A stretch of 64,000 nucleotides of DNA from Anaeramoeba ignava BMAN. Lineage: Eukaryota > Protista > Anaeramoebae. The notes under the pieces are model-generated. The model saw nothing but the letters and a program-made list of their open reading frames with translations. It was not told where the DNA came from and searched no databases. Below, in pieces: positions 53,163 to 64,000 of the stretch. Position 1 is the first letter of the stretch. Every line of letters begins with the position of its first letter. Both the position numbers and the translations under genes were made by a program. The DNA is taken from NCBI GenBank assembly GCA_028826165.1, contig JAPDFW010000097.1, positions 124,001 to 188,000 on the forward strand, given 5' to 3'.

Positions 53163-54944
53163 TTAATTTAATTTTAATTTTTTCTTTTGTCTTTGATCTT
53201 TTCTAAATTTCCTGAGTAATAAATGAAATAAATTTGGATATGTTTGATTTAATTGAAAATAATCAATTTTTTGTTTAAGTTCTGTTATAATTTCTTGTGT
53301 AATTTCAATTCCATCTTTAATTTGATTTGAATAAATCCAATATTCTAATATTTGAAATGATTCTTCACTTAATTCACTATAATCTGTAACTTTATTTGAA
53401 GTATCTTCTGTTACAGATAAAAACATTCCTCGATATAATTCACTTCTCATTGTTAATATTAATTTAGGAAATTTATATTGTTTTTCTTTTCTTTCAATTA
53501 TAAAATCTTTTTCATTTTCATTTTCATTTAAATAAATTCTTTTCATTGTTTCTTCAATTTTTTCATTTGAACTTATAATTTCTTTAATTTCTGAATATAA
53601 TATTGGATTTATTTTGGAATTGTTTGAATAAATCATTTCAAATATTTGATTTGATTCTTTAATTGATCTTTTTGAAATAATTTCTTGAAGTTTTTCATTT
53701 TGATTTTGATTTAATCTATATTTCAATATTAATTTATGAGCTGATATTATTTCTCCATTTTCGGTTTTAAATGAAATATCACAAAATTCTTTTCTTCGAA
53801 ATAGTTTTATCAAATCTTCTTCAAGATTGGAAAAAGAAGGAGGAGAATAATAAAGAAATGATTTGTTAAATCCACAAAGAACACGATAATTAGAAACATA
53901 GAATTTTAATTTAGGAAGTTCAATTTGAATTGGAATTGATTGTTTTTTTGTATCTCCAGTTCCTAATTGACCATATTCATTCCATCCAAATCCAATTAAT
54001 TTCCCTTTAGATGTTAAAATCAAAGTATGAGCATTTCCAATAGAAAAATCAAGAATATTATCATCATTTTCAAATAAAGATGATTTGATTTCAGTAAATT
54101 TATAAGTATTTTGGTTTTGACCAAGTCCATTATATCGATAATATCCACATGAATAAAGTTTTCTTTTTGGATTTTCATTTTGATTTTCAATCAAGATTAT
54201 TGAATGATAAAATCCACATTGAATATCAATTATTTTACCTTTTGGAATATTTTGGATTTTGATTAATTTTTGGATTTCTGTTTCTTTTCTTGATTCTCCT
54301 AATCCAAGTTGGCCAAATTCATTATATCCACATCCAAATAATTCTTGATTTGAATTTAAAAGAAAAACATGTTGTGAAGTATTTCCTGAAAATATTTTAG
54401 AAACATTTTTCATCATTAAAATTGGTTTTTCTGTTTTTTTAATTATTTCAGAATCAAATCCAAATTGACCATAATCATTTGAACCAATTCCATAAGCATT
54501 TTGATTTGAAGTTAATAAGTAAATTGAACTATCTCCAGAAACAATATCTTGAATTATTCTATCATTTTTATCTTCGATTAATGATGAAATATTGATAAAT
54601 TCATTTGTGTTTTTTGGATTTATATCTTCTCCTTTTGCAAATACATTTCCTTCTTTTGTTAAAATAGCTTTGTTTCGATAACCAGCAGTTACTTTTTGAA
54701 TATTTTCTTCAATTTGGATTTTTGAAGGATTTTGTTTTGAATCTTTTTCATTTAAATATTCTATTGCTTTTCCATTTTTAAAAAGGAAAATTGTTGAAAA
54801 ATTTCCTGATGAAATTTGTTTAATTTGTTTTTCATTTTCATTTTCATTTTCAAATTTAAATTGAATTGGTTTTGTTATTTTATTTGATTCATTTTTGAAA
54901 AGTTTTGGAAATTGATTTCTTCCAAAAAATATAATTTCATTCAT
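53163..54944 (-). CDS. RCC1 + tandem BTB protein, copy 4 (intact, 593 aa)
   Basis: Same motifs as copy 1. Confidence 0.92.
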   Translation of the reverse strand: MNEIIFFGRNQFPKLFKNESNKITKPIQFKFENENENEKQIKQISSGNFSTIFLFKNGKAIEYLNEKDSKQNPSKIQIEENIQKVTAGYRNKAILTKEGNVFAKGEDINPKNTNEFINISSLIEDKNDRIIQDIVSGDSSIYLLTSNQNAYGIGSNDYGQFGFDSEIIKKTEKPILMMKNVSKIFSGNTSQHVFLLNSNQELFGCGYNEFGQLGLGESRKETEIQKLIKIQNIPKGKIIDIQCGFYHSIILIENQNENPKRKLYSCGYYRYNGLGQNQNTYKFTEIKSSLFENDDNILDFSIGNAHTLILTSKGKLIGFGWNEYGQLGTGDTKKQSIPIQIELPKLKFYVSNYRVLCGFNKSFLYYSPPSFSNLEEDLIKLFRRKEFCDISFKTENGEIISAHKLILKYRLNQNQNEKLQEIISKRSIKESNQIFEMIYSNNSKINPILYSEIKEIISSNEKIEETMKRIYLNENENEKDFIIERKEKQYKFPKLILTMRSELYRGMFLSVTEDTSNKVTDYSELSEESFQILEYWIYSNQIKDGIEITQEIITELKQKIDYFQLNQTYPNLFHLLLRKFRKDQRQKKKLKLN

Positions 54945-55013
54945 TTTTGAAAAAGAAAAAAATGAAAAAATAATTTTGGATTTTGATTTTTATTTGTGAA
55001 AAAAAGAAGGAAA

Positions 55014-55595
55014 TTATAAAAGAAAACAATTATTTTTTTTTGGTAAATCAGGTTTATTAATGGAAATAAAAGCACGAATAGCTTGTTCAAAAACCAGATC
55101 AACATTAGTTTGAGTGAAAGCAGAACACTCCAAATATTTAAAAGCTTTTATTTCTTTAGCCAAATCACGACCTTGTTGAGAAGTTATGGGAGATGAATCA
55201 ATTTTTTCAAGTTTTTGGATCACATCTTGATTTTCTCTTAAATCCAACTTAGTTCCAACAAGAACAAATGGAACATCTGGGCAGTGATGATGAATTTCTG
55301 GAACCCATTTAATCCAAACATTTTCAAAAGAAGAATGAGAAATCAATGAAAAGCAAATCAAGAAAACAGATGTATGTGGATATGATAGTGGTCTTAATTT
55401 GTCGTAATCATCTTGTCCTGCTGTGTCCCAAAATCCTAATGAAAATGTTTCTCCATCAACTTCTTTATTTACTGAATAATTCTCATATACTGTTGGCATG
55501 TATTCTCCAGGAAATGCTCCCGTTGTGTAAGTTGTTATTAAACTTGTTTTTCCAACTCCTCCATCTCCTACAATTACAAATTTAATTGAATTCAT
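55014..55595 (-). CDS. Rac/Rho-family small GTPase, intronless
   Basis: [39 protein letters not shown], Rho insert, ECSA, CAAX CFLL. Confidence 0.95.
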   Translation of the reverse strand: MNSIKFVIVGDGGVGKTSLITTYTTGAFPGEYMPTVYENYSVNKEVDGETFSLGFWDTAGQDDYDKLRPLSYPHTSVFLICFSLISHSSFENVWIKWVPEIHHHCPDVPFVLVGTKLDLRENQDVIQKLEKIDSSPITSQQGRDLAKEIKAFKYLECSAFTQTNVDLVFEQAIRAFISINKPDLPKKNNCFLL

Positions 55596-55645
55596 TTTGA
55601 AAAAGAAAAAAATGAAAAAATGATTTTGGAATTTTAATTTTAATT

Positions 55646-57408
55646 TTAATTTTGATTATTAAATTTGTTAATTAATAAATCAAATAAATTTGGATTTGTT
55701 TCATTTAATTGAAAATAATCAATTCCAATTTGAATTTCATTAATTAATTTCTTGTGTAATTTTAATTTCATCTTTAATTTGATTTGAATAAATCCAATAT
55801 TCAAATATTTGAAATGATTTATTACTTAATTCACTATAATCTGTAACTTTATTAGATTTATCTTCTGTTACAGATAAAAACATTCCTCGATATAATTCAC
55901 TTCTCATTATTAATATTAATTTTGGAAATTTATATTTCTTTTCTTTTCTTTCAATTATAAAATCTTTTTCATTTTCTTTTTCATTTAAATAAATTCTTTT
56001 CATTGTTTCTTCAATTTTTTCATTTGAATTTATAATTTCTTTAATTTCAGAATATAATTTTGGATTTATTATTCTGTTTGAATAAATCATTTCAAATATT
56101 TGATTTGATTCTTTAATTAATTTTTTTGAAATAATTTCTTGAAGTTTTTCAATTTCATTTTCATTTTGATTTAATCTATATTTCAATATTAATTTATGAG
56201 CTTCAATTATTTCTCCATTTTCTGGTTTTAAATGAAATATCACAAAATTCTTTTCTTTGAAACAGTTTTATCAGATCTTCTTCAAGATTAGAAAAAGAAG
56301 GAGAATAATAAAGAAATGATTTTCGATATCCACAAGAAATATGATAATTAGAAATATTTTCATTAAATCTTAATTTAGGAAGTTCAATTTGAATTGGAAT
56401 TAATTTGTTATTCGTATCTCCAGTTCCTAATTGACCATAATCATTACCTCCAAATACTATTAATTTTGATTTGGAAGTTAAAATCAAAGTATGATAACTT
56501 CCAACAGAAAAATCAAGAATATTATCATCATTTTCAAATAAAGATGATTTGATTTCAGTAAATTTATATGTATTTTCATATTTGCCAAATCCATTATATT
56601 CAGAATATCCACATGAATAAAGTTTTCTTTTTGGATTTTCATTTTCATTTTCAATCAAGATTATTGAATGAGACATTCCACATTGAATATCAATTATTTT
56701 ACCTTTTGGAATATTTTGGATTTTGATTAATTTTTGGATTTGTGTTGATCTTCCTAATCCAAGTTGACCATAAGCATTATCACCGCATCCAAATAATTCT
56801 TGATTTGGATTTAAAAGAAAAACATGAAATGAAGTATTTCCTGAAAATATTTTAGAAACATTTTTCATCATTAAAATTGGTTTTTTTGTTTTTTTAAGTG
56901 TTTTAGAATCAAAACCAAATTGACCATAAGCATTTGAACCAATTCCATAAGCATTTTGATTTGAAGTTAATAAGTAAATTGAATTATCTCCAGAAACAAC
57001 ATCTTGAATTATTCTATCATTTGTATCTTCAATTAATGATGAAATATTGATAAATTCATTTGTATTTTTTGTATTAATATATTTTCCTTTGGCAAATACA
57101 TTTCCTTCTATTGTTAAAATAGCTTCATTTCGAAAACCAACAGTTACTTTTTGAATATTTTCTTCAATTTGGATTTTTTCAGGATTTTGTTTTGAATATT
57201 CTAAATATTCTATTGCTTTTCCATTTTTAAAAAGGAAAATTGTTGAAAAATAACTTGATGAAATTTTTTTAATTTGTTTTTCATTTTCATTTTCATTTTC
57301 ATTTTCATTTTCAAATTTAAATTGAATTGGTTTTGTTATTATTGTTTCTGGTTTATTTTTGAAAAGTTTTGGATATTTATTTCTTCCAAAAAATAAAATT
57401 TCATTCAT
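55646..57408 (-). CDS. RCC1 + tandem BTB protein, copy 5 (frameshifts near 56225 and 55745)
   Basis: Likely start MNEILFF at 57408; collinear with the other copies to ...FNNQN*. Confidence 0.85.
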
Positions 57409-57472
57409 TTTTGAAAAAGAAAAAAATGAAAAAATAATTTTTGGATTTTTAATTTTAATTATTTTGGTTTTT

Positions 57473-58592
57473 TCAAAAAAATTTTCTTCCAATAATTCTA
57501 ATTCCAAATTCTTCATATTCTTCTTTTAGAATAAACATATTCCCGAAATTTGATAGTGTAGTTATAATTGAACCACCAATCCAAGTTGAAATTGATCTTT
57601 CTGGAGGAGCAGTAACTTTTAATGACATTGTAAGAGGAGCTAAATATTGAATCTCTTTTCGAAGTCTATCCGCAAATCCTGGAAACTGTGATGAACCACC
57701 TGATAAAATAATATTTCCATATAGAAACCTTCTTATATCAACATCACATTTGCTAATTGATTCATAAATAATTTCATGAATCCCTTTTTCTTCAATTCCA
57801 TTTAAAGAAGGGTTGAACAACATTTCAGGACATTTCAATCTTTCATTTCCTATTGTAAAAAAATCTCCATTCATTGATTCATATTTTTTCTCAATCGATT
57901 TTTTTTCGTTTGCATTTTTCATTTCTTCTTCGAAATCATAGGCAATATAACAAAGTTTTTCTTTGATATCACTGGCGATTTTCCTATCAGAAATCGAAAC
58001 AAATGAATGTCCTCTTTCATTGAGCAATCTCATCAAATATTCAGTCAAATCTCTTCCTCCAATATCCATTTTTTTGGTATGAATTGGGATATTAAACCCT
58101 TCATAAATAGGAACAATATAAGAAACTGTTTCTCCAATATCAGCAACAATTCCTGTTGTTCTTCCTGATGCATAAATTGCCAAAATCGAAGAATTTTCCA
58201 GAAACAATGAAGGAAATCCATATTTTTCAAACATTATTTCAGCCATTTTTTCTCTTTTTGATTTTGGATTTAAAGGTGAATCACTTATTAACAGTGTGTG
58301 ATCTTTTGGATCAATTTTCATTTCCTCATAAAAACAATAATCCCATATTTTTTCCATATAATCAAAATTTGTGATGATTCCTTGGTTTATTGGATATTCC
58401 ATATTTAGATTTTCTCTTTTTTTTTCTGCTTCTTTGCCAATATAATATTTTTTTTCTTCTTTTCTCATTTTTTGTAATCCCAATTTTTGTTGCGAAAATT
58501 GTTTTTGGTTGCTCTTCTCCTCCAATGCCTATTTGTATATTTCTTGATCCGTGATGCAAAACAATTGGCAAATTTAAATCAGAATCATCCAT
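57473..58592 (-). CDS. Divergent actin / actin-like protein, intronless (frameshift near 58462)
   Basis: YPINQGIITNFDYMEKIW, PLNPKSKREKMAEIMFE, YASGRTTGIV.DIG, VPIYEG, GGRDLTEYL, DIKEKLCY, LYGNIILSGG, APPER..STWIGGSI. Confidence 0.9.
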
Positions 58593-58648
58593 TTTTTTGA
58601 TATTTTGTAAAGGAAAAAAATGAAAAAAAAAAATTCAATTTTTTCAGA

Positions 58649-59743
58649 TTTCTAATTAAATTTTATTTATATTTAAGTAATATTTTCAATTTTGAAACCT
58701 ATTTTTGAAATAAAATATAAATAATTTATAAATAATTTATATTTTAAATTTTGGAAATAAATTTAATTAAAATATTTAATAATAAAAATATTAATTTCTA
58801 ATTCAATTTTATTTATGTTTTAAGTAATATTTTCAATTTTAAAATCTATTTTTGAAATAAATTATAAATAATTTATAAATAATTTATATTTTAAATTTTG
58901 GAAATAAAATTAATTAAAATATTTAATAATGAAAATATTAATTTCTAATTAAATTTTATTTATATTTTAATAATATTTTCAATTTTAAAACCTATTTTTA
59001 AAATAAATTATAAATAAATTTATAAATAATTTATATTTTAAATTTTGGAAATAAAATTTAATTAAAATATTTAATAATGAAAATATTAATTTCTAATTAA
59101 ATTTTATTTATATTTTAGTAATATTTTCAATTTTGAAACCTATTTTTAAAATAAAATATAAATAATTTATAATTAATTTATATTTTAAATTTTGGAAATA
59201 AAATTAATTAAAATATTTAATAATAAAAATATTAATTTCTAATTCAATTTTATTTATATTTTAAGTAATATTTTCAATTTTAAAATCTATTTTTGAAATA
59301 AAATTATAAATAATTTATAAATTAATTTATATTTTAAATTTTGGAAATAAAATTAATTAAAATATTTAATAATTAAAAATATTAATTTCTAATTCAATTT
59401 TATTTATATTTTAATAATATTTTCAATTTTAAAATCTATTTTTAAAATAAATTATAAATAAATTATAAATAATTTATATTTTAAATTTTGGAAATAAATT
59501 TAATTAAAATATTTAATAATAAAAATATCAATTTCTAATTAAATTTTATTTATATTTAAGTAATATTTTCAATTTTAAATCTATTTTTAAAATAAGTTAT
59601 AAATAAATTATAATTAATTTATATTTTAAATTTTGGAAATAAAATTAATTAAAATATTTAATAATAAAAATATTAATTTCTAATTCAATTTTATTTATAT
59701 TTTAATAATATTTTCAATTTTAAAATCTATTTTTGAAATAAAT
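58649..59743. repeat. Intergenic tandem satellite, ~145-150 bp unit, ~7.5 copies
   Basis: The TCTAATT anchor recurs at 58651, 58797, 58944, 59092, 59238, 59388, 59534 and 59679. Confidence 0.95.
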
Positions 59744-59837
59744 TAGCCAAAATCCTTTTTTCAAATATTTTTTGCTTTTTGAAATTTTTAGATCAAAAAA
59801 GAAAAATTTTTTTTTCATTTTTTTTTCATTTTCTAAA

Positions 59838-62800
59838 ATGGATCTTTTCACAATTATTGAACAAAATCAAATTGAAAAATTAAAAGAAATTAAATTTATT
59901 GAAGAAAAAGAACCACAAACAAAACAAATTCAAGTTCAAAATTCAAAAAAAGAAAAAGAAAAAGAAATCATATTAAATTTTGCTATTATAAAAAAATCAT
60001 CAAAAGAAATGATTGAATTATTAATTGCCAAAGGAGTCAAAACACATTTACAAGATCAAAACGGAAGAAATTCATTGCATATTGCAATTATAAATAATTC
60101 ACCAATTGAAATACTTGATTTATTAATTCAAAAGGGAATTTCAGTCAATTCAACAGATAAACAAAATCAAACATGTTTACATTTTGCTTGTCAAAATAAT
60201 TCATCAATAAAAGTGATTAAATATTTAATTTCAAAAGGAGGTGATATCAATGCAAGAACAAGACAAAATCAAACCATTTTGCATTATGCTTGCAGGAATC
60301 AATCACTTGAAATAATCAAATACCTTGTTTCCAAAAAACTGAATATTCATTCAAAAACAAACTACAATGAAACATTGTTGCATTATGCTTGCCAACATAA
60401 TTCGATTGAAGTGATTGAATATTTGCTTGAAAAAGGACTTGATGTTAATGCAAAAACATTTGGAAAAGAAACAGCTTTGCATTATGCTTGCCAACATAAT
60501 TCGATTGAAGTGATTGAATATTTGCTTGAAAAAGGACTTGATATTAATGAAAAAACAAATTTTAATCAATCAACATTGCATTTGGCATGTCAATATAGTT
60601 CATCAATAGAAGTGATTAAATATTTGATTCAAGAAGGAGTTGATATCAATGCAACAACAAACTCAAACCAAACAGCTTTGCATTATGCTTGTCAAAAAAA
60701 TTCCTCCATCGAAATTCTTAAATATCTTGTTGAGAAGGGAATTGATATTAATGCAAAAACAGCAACTAATCAAAATGCTCTGTTTTATGCTTGTCAAAGC
60801 AAATTATCAATTGAAATAATCAAATTTTTAGTTGAAAAAGGAATTGATGTAAATGCGAAAACAAATTTAAATGAAACCGTTTTGCATATTGCTTGTCAAC
60901 ATAAATTACCATTTGAAACAATCAAATTTTTAGTTGAAAAAGGAATAGATATCAATGCACAAACAAATCAACAAAAAACAGCTTTACATTTTGCTTGTCA
61001 ATATAATGCATCTTTTGAAATTATTAAATTTTTAGTTGAAAAAGGAATAGATATCAATGCACAAACTCGAACAGAACAAACAGCTTTACATTTTGCTTGT
61101 CAATATAATTCATCTTTTGAAATTATTAAATTTTTAATTGAAAAGGGAATAGATATCAAATGCAAAAGCAAGACAAAATCAAACTGTTTTACATTATCTT
61201 TGTCAAAACCCAAATCTCTCATTTGAAGCAATCAAGTTTTTAGTTGAAAAGGGAATTGATATAAATTGCAAAACCAATCAAAATCAAACTGTTTTACATT
61301 ATCTTTGTCAAAATCCAAATGCTCCATTTGAAGTAATCAAATTTTTAGTTGAAAAAGGAATTGATGTAAATGCGAAAACAAATGAAAATGAAACCGTTTT
61401 GCATATTGCTTGTCAACATAAATTACCATTTGAAACAATCAAATTTTTAGTTGAAAAAGGAATAGATATCAATGCACAAACATCTTTCAAACAAACAGCT
61501 TTACATTTTGCTTGTCAATATAATGCATCTTTTGAAATTATCAAATTTTTAATTGAAAAGGGAATAGATATCAATGCAGAAAGCAATTTAAAATACACAG
61601 CTTTACATTTAGCCTTTCAAAACGATTCTTCATTTGAAATTATTAAATTATTACTTTACAAAGGAATTGATATTAATGCAAAAGCATTTCACGAAGAAAG
61701 TGTTCTTCATTTTGCATGTCAATTTAATGCTTCAATTGAGATAATCAAGTATTTAGTTGAGAATGGAGTTGATATTAATGCAAAAACAGCAAGTGGAGAA
61801 ACTGCTTTAGATTATCTTTGCTCAAAGAAACCATCCTTTGAAATTATTCAGTATTTAGTTGAGAAAGGAATTGATCTTCATTCAAAATCAAATCACAATC
61901 ATACATCTTTACATCTAGTTTGCCTTAGCAATCCATCATTTGAAATAATTCGTTATTTGATAGAAAAAGGAGTTGATGTAAATACAAAAACAGAAAGAAA
62001 TGAAACAGCTCTTCATTTCGCATGCCAAAGCAATCCATCATTAGATACTATTAAACTCTTGGTTGGAAAAGCGGTTGATATCAATGCAAAAGCATATCAC
62101 AATGAGACAGCTCTTCATTTCGCTTGCCATTATAAACTCTCTTTTGAAATCATCAAATATCTAATTGAAAGTGGAATCGATATTCATGCCAAAACAGACG
62201 CAAATCAAACTGCTCTCCATTATGCTTGCCAAATTAATCCATCATTTGCAGTCGTTGAATATTTAATTTCAAAAGGAATTGATATTAACCTCAAAACAGC
62301 ATCAAATGAAACACCTTTATCCATTTCAATTCAAAATGGAAATCAGAAACTCGTTCAAATTCTATTAAATAACCAAGCCAATTTTTATGATTTACAAGAA
62401 AAAGAAATCTCAAAAGAATTTCTTGAATCCTTTTTACAAGTTTATTCAATCAATGAAGATTTCAGCAATTTCTTCATTTCAGATGATAATTTTCCTGATT
62501 ATAAAATTGAATCAAATGATTTCTTCAAATTTAATGTTCATAAATTAATTCTATTAACAAGATTTGATAATGATGAAACAATTTTACAAAAATTTATTGA
62601 TATTTGCAAAACAAAATCAAAAGAAGAAGTTCAAATTATCCTAAATTTCCTTTACACAGGCTTTCCCAATTTTGGAGAAATTATTGAAAAATTCCAACAT
62701 CAAATTGAAAAAAATTCCCAAAATGATTCAAAATCAAGTTATTTTTGGGGAGGAAGACAATTTGAAGAGCAAAAAACAATTTTGAGAGAAATTGAACAAA

Positions 62801-63216
62801 ACCAAACTAGAATTGAAGATTTTTTCAAACAAATGGGATTTGATTCAAATTGGATTGAATCCAAAAAAGGAAGAAAAGGAATAATAAAAGATCTTCATCA
62901 ATTATATCAAAATGAATCAACAAAAGATTTTACGATAATTGTTGAGGAAAAAGAAATTAAAGCTCATAAATTGATATTAATAATAAGAAGTGAATTATTC
63001 AAAGGAATGTTTCTAAGTGTTCAAGATTCATCAAATCAAGTTCATGATTATTCAAAGAAATCATTTGAAACAATTAATCAATTAATTTATTTCTTCTATC
63101 ACAATGAATTTGATGAAACAAAAGAAATTACAAAAGAAATTATTCAAGAATTTAAAGGTTTAAAAGATTATTTCCAATTAAATCAACATTCCAAAATTGA
63201 TTTTTCAAAATTTTAA
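59838..63216 (+). CDS. Ankyrin-repeat + tandem BTB protein (frameshift near 61160)
   Basis: TALH(F/Y)ACQ...EIIKFLVEKGIDINA repeats; FNVHKLILLTR and KAHKLILIIRSELFKGMF. Confidence 0.9.
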
Positions 63217-63283
63217 TTTTGATTAATAAAAAATTTTGGATTGAAAATGTTTTTTTTCATTTTTTTACTTACAAAAGAAAATT

Positions 63284-64000
63284 ATGAAAGCTTATTCAAT
63301 AAATAAACCACTATTTATTGCATGTGAAGATAATTCATTAGAGGACTTAAAAAAAGCGATTGAAGATGAATTGAATGTTAATGGAGAAAATTATGGATCT
63401 GAAACACCTTTGCATGTTTGTTGTAAACAAAAAGATCCAAGTATAATTGAATTGATGAAATATCTTATTGAAAAGGGAGCATTTCCAACAAATCTAACTT
63501 CCCAACAAGAAACCCTTTTGCACTATTCTTGTCAATATCAAAATTCAATTGAAATTATCAAGTTTCTTGTTGAAAAAGGTGTTGATTTAAAACAATCAAC
63601 AAAAGAAAGCAAAGAGACAGTTTTGCATTATGCTTGCAAATTCCAAAAAGAAAATCTTCTTGAAGTGATCCAATTTCTTGTTTCAAAAGGAGCTGATGTG
63701 AATGCAAAAACAAAAGATAATGAAACTGTTTTGCATTTTGTTTGTCGATATCAAAATACAATTGAGGCCGTTAAATTTTTGGTTTCCAAAAAAGCAGATT
63801 TGAAAACAAAAACAACCTCTCAAGAATCCATTTTGCATTATGCTTGTAAATATGGCAATTCCTCAGAGATTATCCAATTTCTTATTGAAAAGAAACTTGA
63901 TGTGAATGCAAAAACAAAGGAGAATGAAACTGCTTTGCATTTTGTTTGCCAAAAAGAGAATTCAAGTAAACTTGTCTCTTTACTTCTTGCAAAAAAAGCC
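63284..64000 (+). CDS. Ankyrin-repeat protein, 5' part (runs off the window)
   Basis: MKAYSINKPLFIAC...ETPLHVCC...ETLLHYSCQ...TVLHYACK, open to the edge. Confidence 0.85.
   Translation, partial: MKAYSINKPLFIACEDNSLEDLKKAIEDELNVNGENYGSETPLHVCCKQKDPSIIELMKYLIEKGAFPTNLTSQQETLLHYSCQYQNSIEIIKFLVEKGVDLKQSTKESKETVLHYACKFQKENLLEVIQFLVSKGADVNAKTKDNETVLHFVCRYQNTIEAVKFLVSKKADLKTKTTSQESILHYACKYGNSSEIIQFLIEKKLDVNAKTKENETALHFVCQKENSSKLVSLLLAKKA

Noticed and set aside
44400-57408. Diversity-generating retroelement as the cause of RCC1 variation
   Set aside because: No reverse transcriptase or template/variable repeat pair; changes are not adenine-restricted and include indels
58649-59743. CRISPR-like array or MITE
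   Set aside because: Contiguous tandem units with no unique spacers, no clear terminal inverted repeats and no cas or transposase gene

Overview
A very AT-rich eukaryotic (protist) genomic window read with the standard code. It has GT-AG spliceosomal introns, very short intergenic spacers and many single-base frameshifts at homopolymers, probably assembly errors. The gene content and a TCATTT initiator-like motif suggest an anaerobic amoeboid or metamonad protist such as Anaeramoeba; this is inference only. There are two compartments. From 1 to ~39.7 kb lie mostly intron-containing, mostly conserved genes: a CH-domain gene, TMEM222, a BEACH protein, U1A/U2B'', an F-box membrane protein, a DUSP, a tRNA nucleotidyltransferase, a large unrecognised membrane-repeat protein, MND1, cyclin H and VPS4. 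Their long introns are each filled with a micro/minisatellite that avoids GT/AG on the sense strand. From ~39.7 to 64 kb lies an intronless cluster. It has five mosaic RCC1-BTB paralogs, three ankyrin genes (two complete ankyrin-BTB), a cytosolic ricin-B lectin, an FG-GAP/FN3 surface protein, a Rac GTPase carrying the RCC1-BTB 5' leader, a catalytically altered actin and a ~147-bp satellite. The best candidate for a novel system is this cassette-like array of variable sensors on a shared tandem-BTB module.
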